Shown: positions 14,833-29,714 of the stretch, one piece after another
Position numbering within the stretch: the first letter of the stretch is position 1
Layout: each line of letters opens with the position of its first letter
Source of the DNA: the human T2T-CHM13v2.0 reference genome, Homo sapiens
Length of the DNA stretch: 64,000 nucleotides
Direction: 5' to 3' (one strand)
Assembly: GCF_009914755.1 (NCBI RefSeq)
Contig: NC_060928.1
Position numbers and translations under genes: made by a program
Notes under the pieces: generated by a model
The model's input: the letters and a program-made list of their open reading frames with translations, nothing else
Told to the model about the DNA's origin: nothing
The model's database searches: none

Positions 14833-15260
14833 TGTGGAAGCCAAAGTGCCAGCTCTTCCTTTTCACAGCCTCACTCCTTCCCCGCGCCTCTCCTGGATTC
14901 TACTCCATTGCCCAGGGAGGCAGCCCATGAGGATGGCCTCATGCCATCAGGCTTCCCTGATGGCCAGTGGGAGGCTCTGGCTGAAGAACTGAGGGCCGGG
15001 AGAACGGTAAGCTGGGGTGTTTCCTCCCCACTTCAGTGCCTGTCACTGGCACCGCCTGTCTCCCTCCTCATGCCAGCTCCTGCCAAGCAGCCCGACTTCA
15101 CACTCCAACACTCAGAGAGTGGAGAGCACCATCAGCTCTTAGAGGTAGTAACTGCTCCCCACTCTTGCAGGCCTCTGGGCACCTTGATCTTTGTTTGTTC
15201 TCGGTACCCAGCCCACACCTCGTAAGCAGCCCCTCCATTTGAGCCTCTCCATTTGAACCA
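14833..15260 (+). mobile_element. LTR33-like ERVL LTR
   Basis: TGGCCAGTGGGAGGC..GCTGGGGTGTTTCCTCCCC..GCCCACACCTCGTAAGCAGCCCCTCCATTT. Confidence 0.55.
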
Positions 15261-15334
15261 GCAACACATCCAATAACAGATACATTGGTAGACCACGGTC
15301 CCTGTAGTGCCCTGTAAAACGCACTGATTTTAAA

Positions 15335-15490
15335 TCAAGAGGCTTGAATTGAGGATGCAAGTCACTTTACTTTTCTGTTTTCCTATCTGTAAAAAGGAGC
15401 TAATAATTCCTATTTCAGAGTGTGCGGTGATAATAAACAAATTGATATATGTGAAAATGTCTAGGAAACTCTTAAGAAATGCAAGGAATT
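15335..15490 (+). mobile_element. MIR
   Basis: CAAGTCACTT..TTTTCCTATCTGTAAAAAGG..ATATATGTGAAAATG. Confidence 0.6.
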
Positions 15491-15838
15491 CAAGAGCTCT
15501 TGAGAAAGTAGAATATTTATTATTCTGATTGTCCCCCAACTCTTCTGGGTAAAAGGGTGTTTGCTTTATTTAAAGGTAAGTATAACAATGCCCTACTCTG
15601 AGATCAGACGTGGCTACAGATGACTAGAAAAGGAAGGTCCTCTCTTCTTTCCAGCTGTCCTTTGCTGCCTGTGCTTAATTTCTATCTGCCTTCTGTGAGT
15701 GCCTTGGGCAGAAGCACAGTGCTTTAGTCTTATACTGATCAATCTACTTTTCCTTTTCCATCCTCTGCCATTCTGGAATCATCTGGGGCTTCATCTTTAT
15801 GTCCTTCCAAATCTTTAGCATTTTGTCCAGTGTTTTTA

Positions 15839-16211
<373 letters not shown>

Positions 16212-17147
16212 TTAATAACAACTATATCACTCATTAAAATTATCTTCTCCTTCTCATCCCAACACTGTGTCAAACAGGAATCTGCTGTGGATGGCATTTG
16301 CCAATAAGAAATTGTGGCTTTGGCTTTAGAAAAATCCAGATCAACTTTTTGTGGCCAAAATTCACCAGAAATATATTTAACTCTCTCCTTTCCTTTAATC
16401 ACAGAAGCTTGGCCCAAAATGCTGATCTTTCCTGGAGCTGGCCATTCTAGCATTACATGGGTGTTCCCCATAGAAGAGAACAATCAACAAGATTAAGTTA
16501 CTCTTGAGTTCTTAATTGATTTTCCAGAACTTCCTCTTACTACCACAAAACACAGCTTTCTGAGCAATGCATTCAGTTGAGCCTAATCCTGTTGGGAACT
16601 TTAGTGAACAAGACACATTCTGGAAATAAACATGATTTCACATGTAAATAACTGATACTCTTGACCTCCCCAATAACCCTTACCAGGCTGGTGCCAAAAC
16701 AGGTTCTGTGTTCATGTTACACACTCTGAGAATGGTTTAAATGCTCTTCCTCTCCAGAGTTTTGTTGTACAAAATATGTACTAGAAAAAAAGAGGCCATT
16801 CTGACAGGACTCGTCAGTGCCTTGACATGAAAAGATTTTGGTCAGGCTAATTACAGTAATTGTATTTAGTCATTCTGACTTGGTATAATTTCCTGTCTTG
16901 TCGGTAATGTATAGTTACACCTAAACAAAACAGAGTTAATCTCTTTTAAGTAAGAGATGGCATGGCTCCTTTGTAGTGTGCGTATTAACCTAAATGGGAA
17001 AGCCTACATAGGACTAGGTTCTAGTTCAGGAACACTCCTGCCTTGGAATACCCCCCGAGGGCCTGCAGAGCGAATGAATGCTCCCTGTGTGTGAGTTCCA
17101 CAGAACTGAAGCACCGTTCAGAGGAGTTCTCTCCACAGGCCTTGTAT

Positions 17148-17368
17148 CAAGGGTCAGGAAACTTTTTTCTAAGGGCCAGGGAGCAACCCTATAAGGCTTT
17201 GTGAATCACGTGCCTTTGGTTATACCTCTCAACTGCCATTGTAGTTCAAAGGCAGTCACAGACACTAGGTAAGGAGAAGATGGGCATGGCTGTGTTCCAA
17301 CAAAACTTTACCTATAAAAACAGGCTTTGGGCTAGATTTTACCCAGGGGCTTGTAGCTTGCCATCCCT
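17148..17368 (+). mobile_element. MER58A (hAT-Charlie)
   Basis: GGGTCAGGAAACTTTTTTCTAAGGGCCAG..ATGGGCATGGCTGTGTTCCAACAAAACTTTA. Confidence 0.8.
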
Positions 17369-17489
17369 CACTTTACTTTTTTTTATGGAGCAATTGCTAC
17401 ATTACACCGCAATTATCTGTGATTTGCCTGTCTCCTCCACAAACCTACGAAGATTCTGCACTGTGAAATGTTTTCACAAAAGAAGTCCA

Positions 17490-17965
17490 ATCATTGGGTA
17501 ACCCATTGTAAAAATAACTGATTCTGGCAGAGGTTTTCAGTGGATAAGAAAACAAGTGGGAGAGTTTAATGAAAAACAGGATATTTGCATAATCCCCAAA
17601 TATCACCCCACAACATGCATATAAATTCCAAAGGGGGAAAATCGTAAATTTACAGTGGAAAAACCTGGCAGAAATCCCGTCAATCAAATGATCAAAGTTA
17701 ATATACCTGATAATGTGATAAACCAACACCAGGTACCTCTGTGGGATTCCTGCTAAAAATAAATAACTTGGATTCAATCATGAGAAAACATCAAACAAAC
17801 CCAGGTTGAGGGGCATTCTACATATTAAGTTGGTGCAAAAATAGCTGCAGTTTTTACCATGACTTTTCATGGCAAAAACCACAATTACTTTTGCACAAAC
17901 CTAATACATGTCAATATCATGAAAGACAAAGAATGAGGAACTGTTCCAGATTAAAGAATGGAAAA
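17490..17965 (+). mobile_element. Old L1M 3' region fragment
   Basis: TTTACAGTGGAAAAACCTGGCAGA..ATCATGAGAAAACATCAAACAAACCCA..GAACTGTTCCAGATTAAAG. Confidence 0.65.
17825..17904. mobile_element. MADE1 (Hsmar1 MITE), full 80 bp with TA TSD
   Basis: TA|TTAAGTTGGTGCAAAA...TTTTGCACAAACCTAA|TA palindromic element. Confidence 0.92.
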
Positions 17966-18792
17966 AAAGCTGGGTGTACTACATTTTAGTAGTATAAAAG
18001 TGGTGCCTGCCTGTTCAAAAATATTCCAATCATATGAAATTTTTTTAAAGTTAAAAATAAAAATCCCCACTCTCTGAGACAAAACCGCTGAAAATAACTT
18101 GAATTTTGGGCTTCTAGATTCTACGTGCTTCTGGGTCCCTCACTATGCTACTTTAGTAGGAGCAGAGCGATGTACTATCAGGCATTTTAACAAGTTCACC
18201 GGCTGATGCTTATGCTCTTTACTCTAAAGCTTGAGAGACCTCTTGTCTTTGACCTTTCTGTTAACACAAATTGTGTGTGTATGCATATAGTTTTGCACAT
18301 ACACTCTTGTAGAAATTAAACTCATACCCACATGCCTAAATGGAATCCACAACCAAACTGAATGCTGCCTGGCTATCTTGACTCAATGATCAGTCATTGA
18401 TACCCCCTCCCCCGCACCCCGCCGGCAGCTTAGGCAGCAACAGCTCATACTTTTACACAGCTGTTTAATATTCCCCAGAAGGGATCAACAAACGTCCTTT
18501 AACCAACCCCCACTAATAGGCATTAGTGTTGTTTTCAGTTATTTAGAGCTGGTTTTGGATCCCACCTTGCCCACTTGGTAGTTGCGTGCCCTTGGAGGAG
18601 CTGTTCAACTTTTTTTACAACTCACTTTTTTCCTGCATCTGTGAAGCTAGGCAGTCTCCCCCAGGTTGCTGTGGGGTTTGGAAGTGTTTAGCTGAGGGAA
18701 AGTGCACAACATGGTGCCCAGCACAGAATCAATCAGGGATTCAATAACAGCTGAATTTCACTCATTTTCTGACTGGTCTCATACTTTGTTTA

Positions 18793-19704
<912 letters not shown>

Positions 19705-19849
19705 TAATTTCAGACATATAAAAGATGCAAGAAGAGTACAGATTCTTTACTCGTATTCCCCAAATGTTAACATTTACCACACTTATTTTATATCTACACA
19801 CACAAACACACATTTTTGTCCTGAACCTTTTTAGAGTCAGTTGTGGCTA

Positions 19850-19960
19850 CAATGACGAACTCTTCTCAGTTTGTCTGGGACTTTCCTGATTTTAACATTG
19901 AAAGTACTGCATCTAGGACCCCCAGAAGTCTTGGGCAAACCAAGTCAATTGGTCACCTTA
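19850..19960. mobile_element. MER94/MER81-like hAT-Blackjack MITE
   Basis: CAGTTTGTCTGGGACTTTCCTGATTTT..TTGGTCACCTTA. Confidence 0.55.
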
Positions 19961-20599
19961 GTTGCCCAGGTACCCGTAAATACTTCAGTGTGTGTGTACT
20001 AAAATCAAGGACATAACCACTGTATAATTATCAAAATCTGGAAATTAGCTGTTCTGGAAAAATGCATCCTTCCTAATGTCAGGTGCAAGGTAAAGCCCAG
20101 GGCTTAGCTTATTTGTGCAAACACTGTCTATGCTTCTGGAAACAATGGTTGTGGTATCCCCAAAGAAGTGGATGCCAGGGAGACCGACACTCAACAGGCA
20201 AAGGCAGGTAGTGACTTCCTGGGGCAGCCGCTGGAAGCAAAGACAAAAGAAATCCCCAGCGACTAACTGGTTCCTAAAACAAAAGAGTAGCTGACCTTTT
20301 CTTTTTCCCTTTTGTGTTTGTGAGCAGCTTGCTTTCACCTGGGGTGTCTGTTTCCTCTCCCAGGGCAGTGGCCCCTGAAGTTTGGGCACCAGTGGGGTGT
20401 GAGCTATCAAGGTAGTGAAGGTAGGACGTCCCCTGGTGGGAATGACTGCTGGGCATCTGCCAGTGTTCCTGTGCTCCTGGAGTCCTGCTTCAGCTCTGGG
20501 GTGGTTTTGCATCTGTTTCCCCTCAACAGAGAGGGGAATGGTGGAGAGAGGAGGGAAGCATCCACATGGACACAAGAAAGAATTGATGGTCTAAATGGA

Positions 20600-22120
20600 T
20601 CCAGCATCTTGTCATTTCTCATCATCTCTACCACATATACCCTGGTCCAAGCTGCCACTGACTCTCTCCCAGATGATGGCAACAGCCACAGTCATCATCA
20701 TGGCAAAAGCTATGGCTTCCCTGCCTCTGCTCTTGTCACCTTTAGTCTGTGCTCAACATTGTGACCACAGTAATCTTGTTAACCTTGAAATCAGATCATG
20801 TCACACTTCTGCCTCCAGGGGCTTCCCATCTCACTCAGAGTAAATTTCAAACTCCTTACTGTGGCTCATGAGGCCCTACCCAGTATGGCTCTCAGACACC
20901 TTTCTGACTTTATCAAATACTAGTCTCAGCCCTGGTCACCCATCTACAACTGCCCTTGCCTCTTGCTATTCCTCAAGCTACTCAAATATCTCATGACTCA
21001 GAGCCACCGTGCTTTCCCTTCCCTTGACCTGGAATGCTCGTCCCTCAGATATCAACATGACTTTCTTACTCACCAATTTCGGTCCTTTTCTCAAATAACC
21101 CCTTCTCAGTGAGGCCTTCCCATTCCTACTCTAAAATTGCAAACTTCAACATTTTTCTCTCTGCTTTGCTTTTTAATGGACAATAATTACATATAATTGT
21201 GGGGTACAATGTGATGCTTTGATCTATGTGTACATTGTAGAAAGATTCATTCAAGCTAATTGACATATCCGTTATCTTAGTAACTTACTTTTTGGAGGAT
21301 GAGAACATTAAAAATCTATGCTTTTAGCAATTATGAAATATGTGATACATTGTTATTCACTATGGTTACCATGCAGTACAAGAGATCACTAAAACTTATT
21401 CTTGCAGTCTGAAACTTTGTACTGTTTGTTCAACATCTTTTCTTCCCCATCTCTTCCCTTCTCCACCTGCCCACCCCTATCCTCCAACCTGGACCCTAGC
21501 TTTTGGCATCTTTCTACTCTATTTTTATGAGATTGACTTTTCTAGAGTCCACATGTAAGTTGAGATCATACAGTATTAGCCTTTCTGTGCCTGACTTATT
21601 TCGACCAAGCATAACATCCTCCAGTTCCATCATGTTGTTGTGAATGGCAGAGTTTCCTTCTTTTTAAAGGCTGTATAGTATTCCATTGTACATAAATACC
21701 ACATTTTAAAAATCTATTTATCCATTGATGGGCACTGAGGCTCTTGTGAATCATGCTGAAATGAATGTGGTAGTGCAGATATCTCTTTGACATACCAATT
21801 TCAATTCTTTTGGATATATGCACAGAAGTGGGATTGCTGGATCATATGCTAATTCTATATGTAGTTTTTTTGAGGAACCTCCATGCTGCTTTCCAAAATG
21901 GTGGTACTAATTTCCCTCTCTCTGTTTACTTTTCACCATAGCACCTACTCCATAAAATATATTATATGTTTAACTCATTTGGTGATCATCTTTACCCCCA
22001 TTAGACTGTAAGCTTCATCAGTACAGGGATTTGTTTTCACAGCTGTCTTCTCAGTGCCCAGAACATCACCTGGAATACAGTGGGCATATAAAAATATCTG
22101 TTGACTGGCTACCAAATGAA
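20600..22120 (+). mobile_element. L2 3' portion, split by an L1MA insertion
   Basis: TCAGATCATGTCACACTTCTGC..GGCTTCCCATCTCACTCAGAGTAAA; TAGACTGTAAGCTTC..AAATATCTGTTGA 3' end. Confidence 0.7.
21170..21915 (-). mobile_element. L1MA 3' end
   Basis: GGGGTACAATGTGATG..CCTCCAGTTCCATCATGTTG..AGAAGTGGGATTGCTGGATCATATG. Confidence 0.85.
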
Positions 22121-23969
22121 TGGTATTCACTCGACTCAGCTTTCTGTATCCCTCTGGCCCCTACACTGCATTTAGTGTAGGGATGCATGGGTGCCAATAT
22201 GGCGCCTGGAAGAAAGGACGTTTGCAATCAAGCATGCACATGAAGAGCAGTTAGCAGTTCCAGACTGTATGAAAGCTTCTCGTGTCCTTGCCACACTTTC
22301 TTTTGAGGGTCTCACCCCACATCTTAGCAAAGATATTTAAATGCTCCTCCCTTCCCCATGAAACAGAATTTTGGCTGAGATTTTTTCAAAGGAGTATCAT
22401 AGTTTTGTCTTTGAAATCATTTGGCAAGGAACAACTCATTGAATTTTCAGTTGGCTCTGATTCTCTGCAGTCATCATGCACACTTGAAGTAAAACAAAAT
22501 CTACCATTAACATTGTTTTCAAATGTAATGAAATTTTTCTAAATAATTCAACAGTTGATCACATAAGTGTAATTCTGTGCTTTGTGGGCATTCATGTAAA
22601 CAGGTATTTATTTTAACAGGTTTTGTAGTACTCCTTGTGTGTTTGAGGCAGTAATTATTTTCCTTTGGGATTTAGCCATGTTTCTGGGCTCTTGAAATCT
22701 CACAGGACCTAGATCTTGGACCTGGAAAATTAGGCAGATAAAATAGTCCTGCAAGAATGAGAGACTGGAGAAAGGTCTCCCTGCACTTGCCTGCGAATGC
22801 AGGTCCTGGCCCAGTGGTTCAATGGTGGGGCTGTCCTGTAACTGTGCCAGGGAGTCAGAAGCCATGGCGGGGCTCACCGTGGTCATGCTGGAAGTCCCTG
22901 TCCCTGTCTGCTCATCACACACAGGTCAGCAGGTACCCGTTCTTTATGTGTGGCAGACCTCTGGTGGCCAGGCGGACCACTTTTCTCCACGGCCCTTCTC
23001 TCTCCACTTCCACCTGCATGCTCTCCTGAGCCCTGGTGGCAGAAATGTTTTCCTTGACATTTTATGACACTTTGGCAGAATTCTGTTGACTCATCTAAGA
23101 CAAGATGGGGAATTGTTCTGCAGCAGTCGCCACATGGGGAAACAGATCACTTAGTCACATCATCTGCCAAGCCCCGCTGTTGCCTGTGCAAAGCATTTCT
23201 AATCACGGAAACTTGAAAGCTGTCCCTCATTTGTGATGACATTAGCCATGGTGATTTTTTACCCCTGTCTTAAGCTGTCAGTCGCTGGGGTTTTCTTGTT
23301 ACTCTCTCTGGCAGAGACACATTTATTTATCACACAAAAGCCTGGCTCTGAAGGGATTTGTGCAAACTTCCTTCTGGAGATGAAAAGAAAACATCTCCTT
23401 CCTGGCCTGTGCCATCTACTGAAAAGCTTTCCAAGCCAAATGTGAGTGACTGTCCTAGTGGACAGATGTCACCCAGAGCAGGCCTGAATCATTTTGTTTG
23501 TTTTTCTTGCTAACCCAACACGACTTTGAACCCACTTCATTAATAAGAGAGACAGGAGCACGAAACCCTTTTTACTTCCTGCTTTCTTCCCAGTGTGCTG
23601 ACATTTCCAAGCCCCATATGTTTCCCTAAATAAAGTTCCATGGAAATATATATTTTTTTGAAAAATCCTGTTTTTGGGTTATTACAGCCCAAGAGGAAAA
23701 AAGGCTGCCAGTGGACTATGTAGGGCCCTTTACGTAATGCTATGATTGTTTCGACCCCTCTTGATAACAGCAGGCTCGTTTAAATGGTTAACATTGAGAT
23801 GCGGTTGAAGACCTGTAATAAATGTATACTTCTTCATTTAGGCAAGTACATTAGCTACAGTCAATCTGCAACAGCGGGGAAGCACTAAGCCACAAACAGG
23901 AAATAGTTTGAATAAATATTTCCCATTCTAAAATGAATGACTAGATAGAGTTTAAAACATGTCAGACTC

Positions 23970-24902
23970 TTGTAGAGACATGATAGACATTTGCTGGTTA
24001 CCTCTCCAACAGGGATCCAGTCCCACCCTTCCCCACCTTGATTTTCCTTGGGATCACTCTACCCTTCCACTCTCAATAGTGGTCCAGACCAGACTGACCC
24101 TGCCCAGGAGTAGACTGTACTTGACTCAAGCTGTATTAGTTTGTTTCCACGCTGCTAATAAAGACATACCCAAGACTGGGCAATTTACAAAGAAAGAGGT
24201 TTAATGGACTTACAGTTCCACGTGGCTGGGGAGGCCTCACAATCATGGCAGAAGGCAAGGAGGAGCAAGTCACATCTTACATGGATGGCAACAGGCAAAC
24301 AGAGAGAGCTTGTGCAGGAAAACTCCCATTTTTAAAATCATCAGATCTCGTGAAACTTATTCACTATTGCAAGAACAGCGGGAAAGACCTGCCCCCATGA
24401 TTCAATTACCTCCCACCGGGTCCCTCCCACAACACGTGGGCATTCAAGCTGAGATTTGGGTGGGGATGCAGCCAAAACATATCTCAAACCCATCCATGTA
24501 CCTATTCCTCAGGCCACATTGATTGGTCAGGGATGGGTTTGTGATACAATTTGGGTTAATGAGAGAGGTGACAATAACAGTGTTTCTGTGGAAGATACAC
24601 AGAAGAGATTCTCTGTTCCCAGACCACACCTAGAGTGAAGTGAAGATGTGGGGTGTGGAATTGCCAGAGCAATTTGCTACCATGGGGAGAGAGCCCAGAG
24701 TTGCGGGGGCCTTTGTGTGGAATCTGGAGATGGGTCTGTCACCAGTGGAGAGATGATAAGAGCCATATCCTGGGTGGCTTTGACCCACTAGAAGCCAGTC
24801 TTGCCTCTGGACTTCTCAGCTAGGTGAGCCAATAAATTATCTTTGCTGCTTAAGCTTGTTCTAGGTTTTCTGTCACTTGCAACCACAAGAGTCCTAAGTG
24901 AT
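23970..24902 (+). mobile_element. Old MLT1 (J/K/L-like) LTR, interrupted by THE1
   Basis: GATTGGTCAGGGATGGG..GAGCCAATAAATT..GGTTTTCTGTCACTTGCAACCACAAGAGTCCTAA. Confidence 0.6.
24132..24484 (-). mobile_element. THE1B-like solo LTR
   Basis: TGTATTAGT..GCTAATAAAGACATACCCAAGACTGGG..GAGATTTGGGTGGGGA; TSD-like CAAGC/CAAAC. Confidence 0.9.
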
Positions 24903-25004
24903 TTAAGGTTGCTAACACTCTTTCTAGCCAGACCTTAGGCAGCATCTAAAGAAACTGAAAGCTTGTCGTCAGTGTATTTTTGTTTCTTTGTTATGGTTTT
25001 TACC

Positions 25005-25500
25005 TCTGCAGGATTCCTCCCCTCTTCCTTCTTTATACAGAACCCCACTGACTCTTAGTGAGCCACCCGGGCTGACTGCCTGACCGCTGGCTCCAGTGAT
25101 GGGCACATGGCCCAGGCATAACTAATAGGGCATTCCATTCACAGGGCTATTTGATTGGATCAGGGATGGGTGCATGATCCCAAGATGGCCAGTATAAATA
25201 AGATCCAGGAATTTATTTTAACTCTTACTTAAAAGACAATTGGCTGGATTTGCTGAGGGAAGATTTAAACATCTTTGTGGACATGTTTGCCACCACATGG
25301 GGAGAGCATTCCTGAACATGCAGCAATAGAGAACAAAGACGAGAGATAAAGAGATGATAAGAGAAGGACCAAGTTCTAGCAACAGTGCGTGAGGCCTGAA
25401 TCCAGCCATGCCGGAAGCATGTGAAGCAGTAACTTCGTTCTTATTAAGACAACTGCAGCTGGATTTTCTGTCATTTGCAGTTTCAAATGTTGACTAACAC
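25005..25500 (+). mobile_element. Old MLT1 LTR fragment
   Basis: GATGGGCACATGGCCCAGGC..GATTGGATCAGGGATGGG..GGATTTTCTGTCATTTGCA..GACTAACAC. Confidence 0.55.
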
Positions 25501-26226
25501 AGATATGAAGTATCTTTTCACAGTAATATATTTCTCTCTATCATAATATTCTTATTTTCTACTAGTATAAAACTAATGAATGCTCAATGCAGAAAATCCA
25601 GAAAACAAACAAACAAAAATAAATAAAGCAAAATTCACTTGTAGTCCTATGACTCTGAAATTATGACCGTCAGCTTCTGAGTGTATGTCCTCTGGGTCTT
25701 TTTCGTATGCATATTTATGAACTTCTACAACATAGTTTCCACATTATATTACTGCACTACAATTTAGTTAATTCCTTCTTTTTAACAGTGGGGTCATTTT
25801 CTTTCTTTCTTTCTTTTTTTTTTGCTATCATTTACTTCTTAGTATTATGAACATCTGTGTTGATACATCTTTGCACATATTTCTGGACATTCCTTAGAAT
25901 AAATTCACATGGCCATATGCATAGTAAGTTCTTCATTAAACTTTTTCCAATTTTGTATTCCACATAACATTTAAGCAAACATGTTTATGCATTCCTTTGT
26001 ATAGAATAAACTTCTAGAAGTACAATTGCTGGGTACAGAGCATGCCTGTTTAACGATATACATTGCCAAACTGCTCTGCAGAAGGTTATTTAAATTTATA
26101 ACAAGGCAGCTCTTCCACACACACTGGATATTCCTGTCACCTCAATTACTAGACGAATGTTTTCTTTTTATGTTTGTTGGCTATCTATATTGATATTTTC
26201 TTGATTTGCCTCTTCATTTGCAATAA

Positions 26227-26526
<300 letters not shown>

Positions 26527-26774
26527 GATTTAGGATTTTTAAACTTTTCTTTCAGGAGTAACTAGGTATATAAGGGCATGCCTCATTAGTCAGTAATTTT
26601 TATTTTTTCAATGACATTTTCTTTAATTTTTCAACATTAAGAAAAAAATCCAGGCCATAGTGAATGTAGTTTGGTTGGAAACACTCATTGTTCACTGTTT
26701 TGAAGATTTGCTGCCAATTTTCTCTATCAGTGACCTGCCACAAATTAGTTAAGTAGCATGATCTGAGAGGTGCT

Positions 26775-27025
26775 ATTGTGTGGTTATACTAGTTAAGTAA
26801 AAGGGGTTTGGAGCCAGACTTTTGGGTGCAACTCCCAGCCCTACCACTTAGTTGTGTGACATCAGAAAAATTACTTAAAAATCTCTGTGCCTCATTTTTC
26901 TCAACTGTAAAACAGGGTTAATAGTATCTCCTTCATAGAATTGTTATAATATCAGTAGGATGAATAAGGCCATTGAAACAGGGCCTGGTCCAAGTTAAGC
27001 CTGCAATAAACATTAACTATTAGTA
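26775..27025 (+). mobile_element. MIR, near full length
   Basis: TGGAGCCAGACT..CCACTTAGTTGTGTGAC..TCTCTGTGCCTCA..CTGTAAAACAGGG..CAATAAACATTAACTATT. Confidence 0.85.
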
Positions 27026-27049
27026 ATGGCATATGAAAATAGCTAAGCT

Positions 27050-27480
<431 letters not shown>

Positions 27481-28454
27481 TCAGTGACAGCAATAATCAT
27501 GAATAGAAGGATATTTCAAACAGTTTAAAGTTGATTTATATTTGTGCCCTTACTGTCTGCTCATAGTAGGTGAACATTATTTAGAGGGGGGAAAAATAAG
27601 TGTCATTATTACTAAGTTTTAAATTCTAAACAAAGAGATCATTCTTATTAAGATATTAGAGCTGTTACAAACATAAAATGCTTCTCATCTCTCTCCAATA
27701 TACCTTTCAAAATTCTCTCTTTGAAAATCATTGTTATAGATGATGTCCGCGTGTATTTTGTTAGATTGAGTTTAGATCAATATTCCACAACCCTAACAAT
27801 GAATAGAGTCCAGTAAAGTTTGGCCTAATGGCATTTCAAGGTCTATAACTGTTGGCGAGCAGGAAAGACTACTGTTTTAACTTCATGAGGGTTACTGCCC
27901 CGGTGGCGGGTGGATGTTTATAATGGTTCCGGGTGTGGGTGGTGACGTAGATTCAGAGCATGGAGGAAAGTGAAGTGCTATTAGCAATAAAAGATAAACC
28001 CTTCCAGAAATAATAACTGTTATGAAACCGGAAAGAACCTCCCAGCCGTGCAGTTCAACCCCCTACTGAGATATGAGGCGAGGCAAGTCTCTCCCCTAAA
28101 CTGGTTACATAATATTTTTTTCCTCAGGAGGTTTCACTACCTCTTTTATAAACTGTTAATGTGTTTATTGAATCGTATCATGGAGAAAGGAAACTAATGA
28201 TTAACTTTTAACCATGATAGCTTGGCCTTGCCATGATACTTCTGGTGAACTGATGGAGACTGCTCTTCCATAGCCTTTCCTGGCTCCTTAACACAAATTC
28301 AATCACAGTAAGTGGCAAATGCTTATAAAGATGGAAAACACTTTATTTTCATCTTCACTTAATTAAAACAGCCAACTTTAAAGGTATTACTGTTTCAGGA
28401 ATCTCTCTTCTTCATCACCAAATCTATCCTTTGGGTCAAAATCATCAGGCATTG

Positions 28455-28751
28455 GCAGGCACAGTGACTCACGCCTGCAATCCAATCATTTTGGGAGGCC
28501 AAGGGAGGCAGATCACTTGAGGCCAGGAGTTCAAGACCAGCCTGGCCAACATGGAGAAACCTCGTCTCTACTAAAATACAAAAATTAGTCAGGCATGGTG
28601 GCAGACGCCTGCAGTTCCAACTACGCAGGAGGCTGAGGCATGAGAATTGCTTGAATCTCGGAGGCAGAGGTTGCAGTGAGCCAAGATTGCACTACTGCAC
28701 TCCAGCCTGGGCGAGAGAGCAAGACTGTCTCAAAACAAAACAAAACAAAAT
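28455..28751 (+). mobile_element. AluS
   Basis: Full dimer, (CAAAA)n tail. Confidence 0.93.
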
Positions 28752-28825
28752 CAGGCTGGCACTCACCTACTCAGCCCTAACTTCAAGCAAATGTTTTTGA
28801 GGATGGAACCAATTTATTAGAGCTT

Positions 28826-29017
28826 TCTTTTTTTGTTTTTTGTTTTGTTTTTTTTTTTTTTGATAGGGTCTTGCGATGACACTCAGGCTAGAATGCAGTG
28901 CCTATTTACAGGTGCAATAATGCACACTGCAGCCTCGAACTCCTGGGCTCAAGCAATCCTTCTGCCTCAGCTTCCTGGGTAGGTGTGAATACAGGCATGT
29001 GTGCCGCTGTGCCCAGC
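28826..29017 (-). mobile_element. FAM (fossil Alu monomer)
   Basis: Monomer retaining the 7SL-derived CCTGT(A)AATAG(G)CACTGCA segment absent from dimeric Alu arms; TSD-like TTTATTAG(A)GCTTT. Confidence 0.75.
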
Positions 29018-29714
29018 TATTTTATTAGGCTTTGAGATTAACGTAGGCCACCTGACAAATCCATATCTGAAAATACTTAAAATAGCTTTGAAATGGTTCC
29101 TCTAAGATCTCGTTTGGCAGATGCTTTGACAGCTATGGGGTTAAAGGGTAGATGGAAACTGTCCAGAACCGCCAGTCAGAACTCCCCAGCTCTGGCCCTG
29201 ACTCTGGCTTTCCTTAGGCGTGTAGTCCCCAGGAGGCTTATGAAGTGCTCTGAGCCTTGATTTCCCCTTCTATTAAATGGGCTTGTCAGAGGACCAACAG
29301 GCTGTGAGTTTGAACACAAGGGATGCCCATTCTGATCACCACCCTTAGGTAGACTTAAAGTATGTCATTGAAGAACATGAATTTCAGCCTCTTAGGCTCC
29401 AGCTTCAACTGCCTTAGAAGGAGGCAACATGACCTGTGAACTCTAGCTTGGCCTAAAGGAGGCTCTTCTGGTAGCCTTGCTAGAACTCCGTTACTGGAGC
29501 AGAGCCAAAAAGAAAGTACTGAGACAACTTTGGCTGTTTCATAGAATGTTGGAGCTGGTAGTTTTGTGTTGAAAGGTTATCAAAAGGAGACCATTTTGTC
29601 ATTTCCAAATCATCTTTGGACTAGCCTGTGCTTGAATGGTAAAATACTTGATGAAATGACATTTTTAAAACTTCTAAGACACTGCTCCCCAAATCTATGC
29701 ACGTCCAAGTATAG

